Assembly (NCBI RefSeq): GCF_009914755.1
Contig: NC_060934.1
Strand: one strand, 5' to 3'
Length of the DNA stretch: 64,000 nt
Source: the human T2T-CHM13v2.0 reference genome, Homo sapiens
Shown here: positions 12,407-25,100 of the stretch, in pieces
Numbering within the stretch: the first letter of the stretch is position 1
How the letters are laid out: the number at the start of each line of letters is the position of its first letter
Program-made: the position numbers and the translations under genes
Notes under the pieces: generated by a model
Seen by the model: the letters and a program-made list of their open reading frames with translations, nothing else
Databases searched by the model: none
What the model was told of the DNA's origin: nothing

Positions 12407-14029
12407 GGAATGAAGTGACAGACAGGGTAAATGACAGATGGTGAGAGCATAGCAGGGCCGAGGGGTTTGGCCGTCTCAGTGACATGAGATGTGTTCAGTG
12501 GGTATCAGAGGATGTGAACTAGAAAGCCAGGAATGTGGTCAGAGTGTGGGATGCTTGAAACTGAGACTTTAGAGGTGGTGGGCTCATGGTAGAGAGAAGT
12601 TCCCAGATGTGATACTGGCCATGGGTGCAGGGGTGAGACTGTCAAAGGTGTGGAGATGGAGGAGTTGGGAGAGGAGGATGGAGACTGGGCGTCCACATGG
12701 ATGCACATACTACCATAACGATGATTCCAGTAGCATGGGGGAAGCAGGTGAATTGAGAGCCCAGATATTCATGATGGGGACCTAGGAAGATATTGGCGCA
12801 GCACAGAAACAAGGGGGATGATGGTTATTGGGGGGGTAAAACCTAACAGCTCCAGCTCCAAAACAAAGTGGGATGAGGGAGGGGGAGTTGTTTAGAAGCA
12901 GGAACAGTAGAAGGAAGCTGTCTACCCCACCTGGCCCTGGGGTGCATGAGTGTGGAGGAAAACAACAGCATGCTTGAGAGGGTGGCAGGGGAGCGGGCAC
13001 CTCAGGGGAGCACCCCTCGGGAAGTGCCACATTGCAGTTGAGGCAAAGCTGGGCAGACACCTACAGAAGAGTTTAGCCATGCAGGGGAATGGCCCGTCTG
13101 AGACAGGCATGAAGCGCTCCAGAAGGAGTAAAGGACAAGTGTGAGGACTGCATGCGCGTAGAGGACACATGGCCTGGGGAGTGGGGTGATGGGGGAGCCA
13201 GGGAGCCCCCAGGGTGGTTGCCTAGTGTGGCTGTTGGGGCTGAGGTGCTTTCTCACCCACAGCAGTATCCTGATTAACTCCACGGAAAGGGTTGAGCTAT
13301 TTTAGGGGAGCATAGCTCCCAACCCTCTCAGCTGAAGCCCTAAGATCCTGCCCCCACTTCCTGGAGCCTGGGTACAGGGACAGTGCTCATGGGCACAGAG
13401 TCCAGGCAAGCACTCACTGGCAGGAGGCCTTGGCCAAGCTGAGCTCCTCTCAGCCTGGTGGAGGTCTAGACCAAGGAGCCTGCGCTCAGATGAAACACTT
13501 CCCCGGATTCTCATGTGGTCAACTAAGGCCTGGGGCAGGGGCTTTTCCACCCCAACCCTCCATTTTATCAACCTCTCTCCTTCAAGACACTGCCCTTGAG
13601 CCTCCACCCTGCCCCCAACCAGGATGACTCCCTCCTGTGAGCCCCAGGCTGCTTAGCCTGACCCTCTGCCACGACACTGAGGGCATGAGGCCCACAGGGT
13701 TCCAGGGACTGCCAGGGTGGCACAGCCCACGTGCAGGGGAGCAGGGCTGCCTGCCGCACCCCTCAGCTCCAGCTCAGACATGGGCTCAGACACGGTGCAG
13801 GAGTGTGTGCACTGACATCAACGAAGGTGGCCTGATCATCCACAGGCCACTACCAGTGTCCTCTGGGGGCCCAAAGCACCAGGATACACAGGCTAAACCA
13901 AAGCAGCAATTCAGACAGATTCCTGAGGGGCTGGGAGGCCACGTCCACAGAGGAACTTGAAGCTAAAGCCAGGTGTGCTGAGGCCAGTGTGACTCAGCCC
14001 TAATTGCAGACTGGGGTTGGATGATGACA

Positions 14030-14178
14030 TCAGGATTGTCTAGAGCATTCCTTAATAAAACAAAATAAAACAGATTCCCGGGCCCCAGTGCTTTTCCAGA
14101 GGGACAGAGTGGGGCCAAGGAATCTATTTTTATAGCACTCTGGTGTTTTCATGTGCAGGCCAGGCTGGGACCTGCTTA
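14030..14178. mobile_element. MER5-type hAT MITE fragment
   Basis: cagattcccgggcccca...gtggggccaaggaatctattttta. Confidence 0.55.
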
Positions 14179-17100
14179 CTCGGATATTAGCAGAGCATCC
14201 AGGTCCCCCTCTGGCTTGCTCTTTCCTGGGCACCTTCTGTCTTTTGTTACACCTGCGAGGTGGGATTTTATTCCCACTGAACCGAGGAAGAGGCTATGTC
14301 TGTCTCCTTTAGGGGTGGCCGGGGGTGAAGCAGGATCTGACACTGGAAGGGAGCATCTGCCTAGCCAGCCTGAGACCTGCAGTGCCAGGGAGGCCAGGTG
14401 GGATTCTGAAGACAGGCTTGGGGCCTCAGAGGGAGCCTGCACACCCTATTAGGACCTCCCTCCCCACTGCCTCGAAGCTGTGGCCTTCCTGAACCCAGGA
14501 GGAGCCAACCCGTTATCCTGGTCTGGAAATTTAATTAGACATTCAGCCCCGAGTCTGGGAGACTACAGCACTTGTCAATTTGTAGGAAAAGAATGGCCAG
14601 CTTGGAGAGCCCCCCAGCCCTCTGGCTTTCCTGGGTGCTGCCGTGAAGAGCCTGTGACCAGACCTCAGAGGCAGATGCTTTTCGTTTACACAGTCCCGTA
14701 AATATTTATCCCCGACAGTCAATTAGAGCTGAGCCACTGCTTGCAAGGAGGGAACTGACAGAAGGCGGCTACAGCTGCAGAAGGCCATGGTCATGGTTTA
14801 CAAGAACCACTCAGGATGGGGGCATTTTGCTATTTACGTATCGTCATCCAGAGCTAGGCATGTCTGCTGATTTTAAAACCAATTACACATTAGCACTAAC
14901 AGCCTCTCTGATTTAATTGGCCCAGAAATACCTCCCGAGCTCTCAAGACTGAATGTGATTTTCTTGCTCTGGAAAGGGGCTGGGCCAATGCCTCCCTCCT
15001 TCAGTAGGAGAATGAAGGCCTTTAGGGACAAGAGCATCCAGGCAGGAAAGGCAAGTGGTCCAGGGCAAGAGGCCTGCCCTTAACCTACCACGGCTGCTGT
15101 CTCCTGGGGCCTGGGCTTCCTAGTCTATATGAAGATAGCAGTCTGCCCTGTGGGCAGGACCAAGGGGATGGGCGGTAAAGCAGATGGGCTGGCGCCTGGC
15201 ACACAGAGGGTGTTGGCTAAATGGTAGCTCTTATTAGATTTGGGGATCACGCTGGGGATGCTTTGCCCAATGCCCACAACCCCTCTGGAAAAATCTGGTG
15301 AACTTGAACATGAGTACTGTCCTTGTGGTCAGAGGCAGGGGCCCGTGGGCCCTCAGGCTGCTTTGCTCTTTGCATGGAATCCTAATCCCTATGAACTCTG
15401 TGGTGCATTTTGCTTTCCCTGGGCCCTCCACGTACCACTCTCTCTGTGTGCACACACACTGGGCTCCTCTCTTTACCTTCTCCCTAGTCACCATCTCTCT
15501 GGCCCTCGTTTTCCATTTTATGTGCAGCACAGTAATGTTTGGGGTACAAGATAGCTAGGAGGTGGTTTTTTTTGTTTTGTTTTTGTTTTTGTTTTTGTAT
15601 CTCCTGCCTTTCTCCCCCACCATCCTTTCCCCCAGTTCTGGAAGCCTGACAGCTCTTTATACCCTCTGCCTTTGTGGGAAGAGTGGTTAGAACCCAGAAG
15701 AAAGAGCACTTCTTGGTTCTTAAGTTCTTTTTTGAAATTAAATTGTACTTATTTTGGGATAACTGAAGATTAACATCCAGTTGTAAGAAGTAATACAGAG
15801 ATCTCATATGTACCCATCTTCCACCAATGGTAGCATTTTCCAAAACTATAGTACAATATCACAACCAGGATACTGACATTGATACAGTCAAGATACGGAA
15901 CATTCCATCACCACCAGGATCCCTCTTGCTGCCCTTTTATAACCACACCCACCTCACCCCCTTCTTAACTCCTGGGCAACCACAAATCTGTTCTCTATTT
16001 CAATAATTTTATTGCTTCAGGAATATTATATACATGAAATCATATAGCATGTATGATGCAGGGTCTGGCTTTTTTCAAACAGTATAATTCTCCGGATGGA
16101 GATTTATCCAAATCGTTGCATGTATCAACAGTTCTTTCCTTTTTATTGCTGAGTGATATTCCATGGTGCTAGGTATCAGTTTCTTTCATTGTTTACCCAT
16201 CAAAGGACATCCGGGTTGTTTCCAGTTTTGAGCTATTAAAGCTACTGTGAACATTTGTGTACAGGTTTTTGTGTGAACCTATGTTTTCACTTACTGGAAG
16301 AAAATGCCCAGGAATGAAATTTCTAGGTCACACCATAATAGTATGTTTAGTTTTTTAAGAAACTGCTAAAATGTTTTCCAGAGTGACTGTACCATTTTAC
16401 ATTCCTGTCAGCAATATATGTATAATCCAGTTTCTATGCATCTTTGCCAGCATTTGGTGGTGTCACTTTTTTTTATTTTAACCATTTTGATAGGTGTGAA
16501 GACAATGCAATCCACCACATTAACAGACTAAAGAAAAAAATAACATAATTATATTAATCAATACAGTAAAAGCATTTGGCAAAATTCAACAACCATTCAT
16601 GATAAAATCTCTTAGAGAACTAGGACCAGAAAGGAACTTGCTCGACCTGATACGGAACATCTACAAAAAGCTTACAGCTAACATCTTATTTAAAGGTGAA
16701 AGACTGAATGCTTTCCCCCTAAGATCAGTAATAAGAGGATACCTACTCTTACCACTCTGTTTAACACAGTATTGGAGTTCTGGCCAGTGCATTAAGGCAA
16801 GAAAAGGGAATAAAAGGGATACAGATCAGAAAGAAAAAAATTAAATGATCCCTACTTTTATGAAATGATTATGTATGTAGAAAATAGTAGCAAATCTACA
16901 ACTCCAAAAACTCCTAGAATACATGAATTCAGCAAGGTTGCAATATAAAAGATTAACGTACAAAACTCAATTATAGTCTTTCGCCTTTAAATATGATGTT
17001 AGCTATAAGCTTTTTGTAGATGTTCTTTATCAAGTCAAGGAAGTTCCCTTCTGGTACTAGTTCAATAAGAGATTTTATCATGAATGGATGTTCAATTTTG

Positions 17101-17561
17101 TCAAATGTTTTTACTGTATCAATTAATGTAATCATGTTATTTTTTTCTTTAGTCTGTTAATGTGGTGGGCTACATTGATTGATTTTCAGATATTGAACCA
17201 GGCTTGCATCCCTGAAATGAGCCCCAGTTGGTCATGGTGTATAATTCTTTTCATATATTGCTTAATTCTACCTGCTAATATGTAGTTCAGTATTTTTTCC
17301 ATCTATATTTGTGAGGGCCACTGGTCTATAGTTGGTTTGGTTTTTTGTTTGTTGTACTGTATTTATCTTCTTTTGGTATCAGGATACCTGTTTCGTAAAA
17401 TAAATTGGGAAATGTTCCCTCCTCTTATATTTTCTGAAAGAGATTGTATAAATGTGGTATCAATTCTTCCTTAAATGTTTGGTAGAATTTTTCAGTGAAA
17501 TTATTTGGGCCTGAAGATTTCTTTTCGGGGAGTTTTAATGTTGCTAATTCAATACCCTTAA

Positions 17562-17691
17562 CTCATTTATGCCTAGTGTTCCATTATTAGAACGCTAAGC
17601 TTGTGGGAGTTATTTATGTCCTACTGCTTAAGGTCATCACCAAGGTCTGATTTTTCACACAAAAAAATTTGCAACCTCCAGCATAAACGGG
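17562..17691. mobile_element. MER85 (piggyBac/PGBD3-derived MITE)
   Basis: TTAA target duplications at 17558-17561 and 17692-17695; TIRs CTCATTTATGC / GCATAAACGGG; internal GTTCCATTATTAGAAC palindrome; 130 bp. Confidence 0.9.
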
Positions 17692-18231
17692 TTAATAATT
17701 ATAGGGCTATTCAAATAATCATAATATTCAATGCATTGTGGTAGTTTATACTTTTCAAGGGATTGGTCCATTTCATGTAAGTTGTCAGATTTATGTGTAT
17801 AGAATTGTTCATAGTATCCTCTTATTATACTTTTGATGTCTGCAGGGTCTGTAGTGATATCCTGTTTCATTCCTGATATTGGTGGTTGTGTCTTTCTCCC
17901 TCTCTTTTTTTTTTTGTCAGTCTCTCTATGAATTTGATTGATCTTTTAAAATAACTACCTTTCTTTTTGTTGATTTTTTTTCCTGTTTTCAACTGTATTG
18001 ATTTCTGCTCTTTATTATTTCCTTCATCTTGCTTGCTTTGGGTTTTTTTCTGCTCTTCTTTTTCTAGGTTCTTCAGGTAAGAAATTATTGATTTGAGACT
18101 TTTCTAATGTAAGCATTTAATGCTATAAATTTCCCTCTCATCAATACTTTAGCTATATCTCACAAATTTTCATATGGTGTATTTTAGTTTTCATTCATTT
18201 CAGTGTATTTTTTAAATTTCCCTTAAAACTC

Positions 18232-18599
18232 TGATATGGTTTGTCTCTAAGTCTCCACCCAAATCTCATCTCGAATTGTAATCCCCACATGTCAAGGGAG
18301 GGACCCGGTGAGAGGTGATTGGATCATGAGAGCGGTTTCCCCCATGCTGTTCTCATGACAGTCAGTGAGTTCCCAGGAGATCTGATGGTTTAAAAGTGCT
18401 TGGCAGTCCCCCCCTTGTTCTCTGTCTCTCCTGCTGCCATGGGAAGAAGGTCCTTGCTTCCCCTTCGCGTTCTGCCATGATTGTAAATTTCCTGATGCCT
18501 CCCCAGCCACGTGAAACTGTGAGTAAATCAAACCTTTTTATTCATAAATTACCCAGTCTTAGGCAGTTCTTTAGAGCAGTGTGAAAACAGACTAATACA
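18232..18599 (+). mobile_element. MaLR solo LTR (MSTA/THE1-like)
   Basis: TGATATGGTTTG...cccaaatctcatctcgaattgtaatcccca...GACTAATACA; 5-bp TSD aactc/gactc. Confidence 0.9.
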
Positions 18600-19817
18600 G
18601 ACTCCCTCTTTGACCCATTCATTGTTTAGAAGTATGTTGTTTAGTTTCCAAATGTTTGGAACTTTTTATGTTATTTTTCTGTTACTGATTTCTACTTTGA
18701 TTCCACTGTGGTCAGATAACATATTTTGAATGACTTTAATTCTTTTCAATTTGTTGAGTGTTGTTTTATGGCCCTGGGTATAGTCTATCTTGGCATATGT
18801 TCGATGGGTATTTGAAGAGAATGATTGATGATATTGTTGATTTCTTCTACGTCCTTGCTGAATTTCTGTCTAGTCGTTCTAACAACTGTTGAGAGCGGTG
18901 TTACAGTCTCCAAGTACAATTGTGGATTTGGCTATTTCTCCTTTCAGTTCTGTCAGAGTTTGTTTAACATATTTTATAGTATGCTTGGTATAGATGCATT
19001 TAGGGTTGCCATGTCTTCTTGGAGGATTTATCCTTCACTTTTATATAATGCCCTTCTATGTCTCTGGTAAGTTTTCTTTGCTCTAAAGTGTACTTTACCT
19101 GACATTAAGATAGCCATTTCTGCTTTCTTTTGATTAATGTTTGCATGCTATATATTTTTCCTTCCTTTTACTTATAACCAAACTATATCATTATATTTGA
19201 TGTGCACTTCTTGTAGACAGCATATAGCTGGGTAATGTTTTGTCGTATATTCCATCAATCTCTGTCTTCTAATTGGTGTATTTAGAACATTTACACTTTA
19301 CATAATTATCGATGTGTTAGGGCTTAACTCTGATATTTTAGTTTTTATTTTCTGTTTTTCAATTATTGTTCTCTTTCTCTTGCCTTCGTGTGGGTTACCC
19401 GAACATTTTTTAGAATTCAATTTTGATATACCTGTAACTTTTTTAAAATTATCTGTTTGTATAGCTTTTTCTAACAGTTTCTGTAGGTATTACCTTGTAT
19501 ATACATAACTTATCACAGTTTATTAGTGTTGAAATGTTACCAGTTCTAGTGAAGTGTAGAAAGCTTACCACCTTTTATTCTCCTTTGTTTATAATACACT
19601 TGTCTTAAATATTATCTCTATATACATTTAGAACCACATCAGGCAATTTTATGATTTTTGCTTCAACATTGAAACACAGTTTAGAAGACTTAAAAGGAGA
19701 ATGAAAATGAATTTATTTACTCAGATATTTACCTTTCCTATTGTTCTTTCTTTCTTCTTGATATTCCAATGTTTCTCTTTTTACCATTTCTTTTCTTTTA
19801 AAAAAAACTTTCTTAGG

Positions 19818-20135
19818 GACCAGCTGCAGTGGCTCACGCCTGTAATCCCAGCACTTTGGGAGGCTGAGGAGGGTGGATCGTGAGGTCAGGAGTTCAAGAC
19901 CAGCCTGGCCAAGTAGAGACAAACCCTGTCTCTACTAATAATACAAAAATTAGCCTGGCGTGGTGGCAGGCGCCTGTAATCCCAGCCACTCAGGAGGCTG
20001 AGGCAGAGAATTGCTTGAACCTGGGAGGCGGAAGTTGCAGTGAGCCGAGATTGGGCCACTGCACTCTCCAGCTTGGGTGACAGAGCGAGACTCCATTTCA
20101 AAACACCAAAACCAAAAACAAACAAACAAAAAAAC
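19818..20135 (+). mobile_element. Alu (AluS-like)
   Basis: Full dimer with A-rich tail. Confidence 0.95.
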
Positions 20136-20382
20136 ACTTTATTTAGCCATTCTTTCAGGATATGTCTGCTTGGCATAAATTCTCTTAGTTTTCCTCATAT
20201 GAAAATGTTTTGATTTCCCCTTCTTCATTTCTGAAGGATATTTTTTCTTGATATAGAATTCTGGATTGATAGTTCTTTTTTTTTCAGCACTTACAAAATA
20301 TTATGGCAATTCCTTCTGGTCTTCATGGTTTCTGATAAGAAAAAAAAATCTGCTGTTGTCCTAGTTGCTTTTCTCCTATAGA

Positions 20383-20394
20383 ATATATATATAG

Positions 20395-20426
<32 letters not shown>

Positions 20427-20473
20427 TATGGGTGTGTGTGTCTATGTATAGATACATGTGTATATATGTATAT
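20383..20473. repeat. (TA)n(CA)n(TG)n compound microsatellite
   Basis: Directly visible. Confidence 0.9.
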
Positions 20474-21004
20474 CATTTCTCTCTTGCTGTTTTCAAGATT
20501 TTTCCTTTGTCTTTATTTTTCAAAAGTTTGACTATGATATGTTTTGGTGTTTGCTTCTTTGAATTTATCATGTTTGGGGTTAACTTACCTTCCTGAATCT
20601 TTAGATGTGTGTCCTTTGCCAAATTTGGGGATGCGTTAGCCATTATTTATCTGAGTCGTTTCTGCTCTGCCCTCTTTCTCCTCTCCTGGGAATTTGGTGA
20701 CATAAACATCACCTTTTGTCTCAAAGGTGCCTTAGACTCTGTTCCTTTTCCCCCAGTCTAATCAGTGTTATTCCGTCTTCAAGTTCACTGATTCTTTTCT
20801 CTCCTCCCTAGGTTCTGCTGTTGAGTCCATCCACTGCGCTTTCTATATTGGTTATTCTATTATTCAGTCCTAACATTTCTATTTGGTTCTTCTTATATAT
20901 TTTATTTTCTTGCTGAGAATTTGTTTCTTTGTGGAGACTTCTTTTCTTTTTCATTTGTTTCAAATATGTTAAAATTGCTTGTTGAGGCTTTTTTATGATT
21001 ACTG

Positions 21005-21131
21005 CTTTTTATTTATTTTATTTTAATTTTATTTATTTATTTATTTGAGACGGAGTCTCACTCTGTTGCCCAGGCTGGAGTACAGTGGTGTGATGTCGGC
21101 TCAATGCAGCCTCCGCCTCCCGTGTTCAAAC
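21005..21131 (-). mobile_element. truncated antisense Alu (right-arm 3' part)
   Basis: (TTTA)n-gagacggagtctcactctgttgcccaggctggag...cccgtgttcaa. Confidence 0.9.
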
Positions 21132-21811
21132 TGAGATTTTCCTAGTTCTTGGTAGAATGAGTGATTTTCTGTTGAAACTTGGATATATTGTGTTATAAGA
21201 CTTGGGATCTTATTTAAGCTTGTTTTAACTGGCTTCCTCTGACACTGGTCCAGCAAGAGAATGGGGGAGGTTATAACGAGGTGGAGGTGGAAGCACAGGC
21301 ACTTCACTGGGTCTCTGTTGACACCCTGGGGGAGGGGACTCCTTATTACTGCAGGGTTGGGGGGTGGAAGTTCAAGCTCCCTACACGGTCTCTATTAATG
21401 CTGTGTGGGGAAAAGGACGGAGGGCTGGTTATTGCTCAATGGAGATAGAATTCTCAGCTTCCATCTGAGACTGTGCCTTCTCTGATACCCCAGAAGCTGA
21501 GATGCCTCATTACTGACTGGTGATGGTAGACATCTGGGCTCTCCACTTGGCCTTTGCTGGCAAGGGTGCTGGGGGAGGGAGGGATGACACGGTTTTTCTC
21601 TGTGGTGTTTGGCTGAAGTAGAACGCTTATTACCTAAAAGTTTTATGTCTTGCTATTCTGATCCTTTGACTAGAGAGAGCAGGCTTTTGTTGATTATTTT
21701 GTTTGTTTGTTTGTTTGTTTTTAACTATACCCACTTGTGTTTTTACGTTGCTGGGTTCTTCAATGCAAATTGGATATTTCAGGTAAAAAACAAACCAAAA
21801 CAACCCCACAG

Positions 21812-22141
21812 TGTATTAGTCTGTAGAGCTGGCATAACAATACCACAGAGTGGAGGCTTAAACAACAGACATTTATTTCTCACAGTTTTGGAGGCTGGAA
21901 GTCCAAGATGAAGGTGTCACAGGGTAGGCAACTACAAGCCACCTTCTCACTGTGTCCTCACATGGCCTTCTCTCTGTGCACACATGCTTGGTATCTCCTC
22001 TTCTTATGAGGACACCAGTTCTATTGGATTAAGACCTTATTTAACTTTATCTCTGTAAAGGCCCTCCCTCCAAATAGAGTCACACTGAGAGCTGAAGCTT
22101 CAACGTATGACTTTTCAGGGGACACAATTCAGTCCGTAATA
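21812..22141 (-). mobile_element. MaLR LTR (MLT1A-like)
   Basis: TGTATTAGTC...ttaaacaacagacatttatttctcacagttttggaggctggaagtccaagat. Confidence 0.85.
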
Positions 22142-25100
22142 CCCAGAGAATCGGCTGCTATGATGTTCCTTGGGTCCTGAGGTCCCTGGCTGGTCTGCCT
22201 TCCTCTCGCCATCTTTCAGAGTCTTCTTACTTTTGTTTTGAATAAAATGTCCAAGTTTTTAGCGGGAGGAATGGGGAAAAGTATATGTTCCTGGAATCGG
22301 AAGACCCTCTATCCAGAGCTCTTTAAAGGTGCCTGATGTAACTCAAGTCAAAGCAGTTCTGTTTTGCAAGAGTGAGAAATACTTTTGTTTGAATTCTCAT
22401 AGTCTCTGAGGACTGACAGCATAAAGATCACCCCCTAGGCCAGAGAGTCGGGAAGAATATGAGATGTGCGATGGCAGATTTACCTCCCAAAAGAAAAAAG
22501 TACTCCTTCATCAGGGGAGGAAAGATGCTGAGATAGGATTGGGAAAGGTTAAGAAGGTCTAAGCCCCTGAGAAAGATCCCAGTTCATCCATCTCCTGGAC
22601 TGTGAGAAGGGGGATGGGCATGGCATAGAAATCTGACTTGTGCTAACTTCTCAGGGAATAGATCAGAGCAAGCAAAGGCAAGTGTCCCAAAGAGGGTGGT
22701 ATATGTCCGGGGGTACTTGTGCACAGTAGTGCACATTAAAGAACATCTCCTGAGTCTTGCAGCCCTGCACAGAGAGAGATACCAGGTGCTATTTTGTCTG
22801 TGCTCATCAGAGTCTCAGCCTGTAAGCTTCCAACCTCTAATGCCAGCCTCAGGGCTCCCCGAGGCCTCCTGGCCTCTGGAATTTCCACACTACCAAAGCT
22901 GTCAGCTCCCTCCTTGGGCATGGGTGTCAGAGCAGGCTCCTCCTATTACTCAATCCCCACCTCTCACTATTACACCGGGCTCCTTGAGGAAGATTGATTC
23001 GCCACTTTAAAGGAGCCTCGATGTGCTCGATGAGGATGCCACAAGACAAATGGCTCCTGCCGTGCGCCTTCAGCCCGTTGTCCCATGTTTCCATTACATT
23101 TGGGCCACAGTCATGGTGGATGAGCTTGGGTGTAGTGCTCATTTTCTGCCTTACACGATAAACTTGTCAGCATTTGACTGATCAGCTACTTATATGCAGG
23201 GAGTTCATTTGCAAGGCCACCTGGCTCCCCGCTCTGTTGTCCTGCTCCCATTTTACCCTGTCTAATGAGCCAGGACCTGGTTCCTGTTGGGCAGCGCTGG
23301 GCTCCTGGGCCCTGCAGAGCCTGCACATGATGGCAAGGCCTCAGTGCCTCCTCACAATCTGCCTCCCCTGCCTGGAGGTGACAAGGGCAGTGATGCCCAG
23401 GGAGCCATTCTTTCCTGCTGCCAGCCTTGCATTGCCCAGTTAAAAAGGAGTGTGCCAGGCCTCCACTCTCCTGCCTCGAGCCTGCATCAAGGCCTGCTCT
23501 CAGCCTCCTGACTGAGCAGGCATGCTGTGGGCTGCCTCAGGAGCTGCAGTCTGCCCACTCCACACTGGCTTTGGGGCTGTTTTTAAGGATCGCTTAGTGA
23601 AGGCAGCTACTAAGCCAGGGCTCTCAGAGTTCACCCTGAGGTATGGCCAACAGGAATGAGGTGTACAGCATTCAAGCTGCCTATGGCCCCGGCTTGGCTG
23701 GCCTTCAGGCCCATGCCTTTCCCAAGCTGCCAGGTATCCTAGACTCTGCTCTGACCACACTGAGCTCTTCCATGATCCTTCAGCACTCCCTGTTGTTGCT
23801 GGCTGAAGTCACATGACTGAGCTGGGCATTCATAGCCCTTGTTGATGAACCTGAGCACTGGGGTTGGATGCCTGAGATCAAACCCAGCTCCCTCCACTTA
23901 GTGGATGATTATTATCATCCGTGTTTACAAGAGAAACCTTGTAAATGGCCTAAGGTCAAGATATTTGGTTTCTCTGGTCCTGACCTGTAAATGAGGCATG
24001 ACAATGATACCTATCTTATATGCATCAATATGCATGTTTAGATTGATATTTGGCACATAGTAGGTGCTCAACAAAGGTTAGCTAATAGCATCACATCATT
24101 ATGTTCTTCCAGCCCCACCTAAATCCTGCATGCCCTCACCCATAAGCTGGAGGTCAAGCCGATCACTCACAAGCTCTGCTTACAAGCCTGGGGATCTGTT
24201 CTCCGGCCATCCAAACCACTGTCCCACCCTCCATCCACCACCCTGCACTACTATACACCTCCTGGCATGCCTCTCCCTTCTTCTTTGCTGATCTGAACCT
24301 GACCCAGACCTGGCCAAGGCCTCCCCGGGGCTCTGAAGGCACTGGCTAGCCTGAGCCTGCAGGGACCAGTAGCACAGCACATAGTGCAGGGCGAGCACTA
24401 TGGCCATCTGCAGGGATGCCTAAGGAGGGGAGAAGGGCAGAGCAGGGAGCCTTGCAAGGGGGAAGAAGCCCTACCTTGTCCCAGCCTCACCCTACCCCCA
24501 CTCCCCCATCAATTCATGAAGCTCAAAGCCTCAAAAGTAGTTGGGTTTTGCCCTTCATAAGGACATGGCCTTTCCCCTTCCCATTAGCCAGCTGGACACC
24601 TCCAGGCCCCCTGTCTGAACTGGGTCCACAGATCCCAGCCCTACCTTGCCCAGGCCAAGGGAAGCACACTAAAGTCCATTACCGAGCATGGACTGTGCTT
24701 GCCTTGTTCAGGAGGCCCAGGCCCCACCCTCAGTGAGTGCTGATATGGGGGAGGGGACCAGACCAGGGGTCCAGGGGCTGCAAGTGCTGACTGTCCAAAG
24801 CACGGTGGTCTGGGAATGGCATTGGGGTCATGTGCTGTGCAGCAGGGGCTGGTGGTCAGGGATTGGGGGGCACCTCTGGGCTCAGGTGCTGTGTGAGGCT
24901 GGCCTGACAAGAGTGCAATTCCACATCTGCACTGAGCAAGCTGTGGAGGCCACGTGCTCTGGGTGTTAGGAGTCCTCCAGGGCAGGGCTGGTACTGCCAG
25001 AGGATGAGGGAGCTCAGGGAGGGCTGTCATAGACAGAGGAGGAGAAGGGCCTTGTCCTGGGCACAGCCTGCGTGATGATGAGGAGATGGGATGTCCACAG

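Larger units (their letters stand above)
15720..21000 (-). mobile_element. old L1M LINE, fragmented, with an inverted segment (16500-16972) and nested MER85, MST and Alu
   Basis: Antisense L1 3'UTR/ORF2 motifs; ORF2 remnants MIKSLRELGPERNLLDLIRNIYKKLTANI (sense piece) and DITTDPADIKSIIRGYYEQFY (antisense). Confidence 0.85.
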
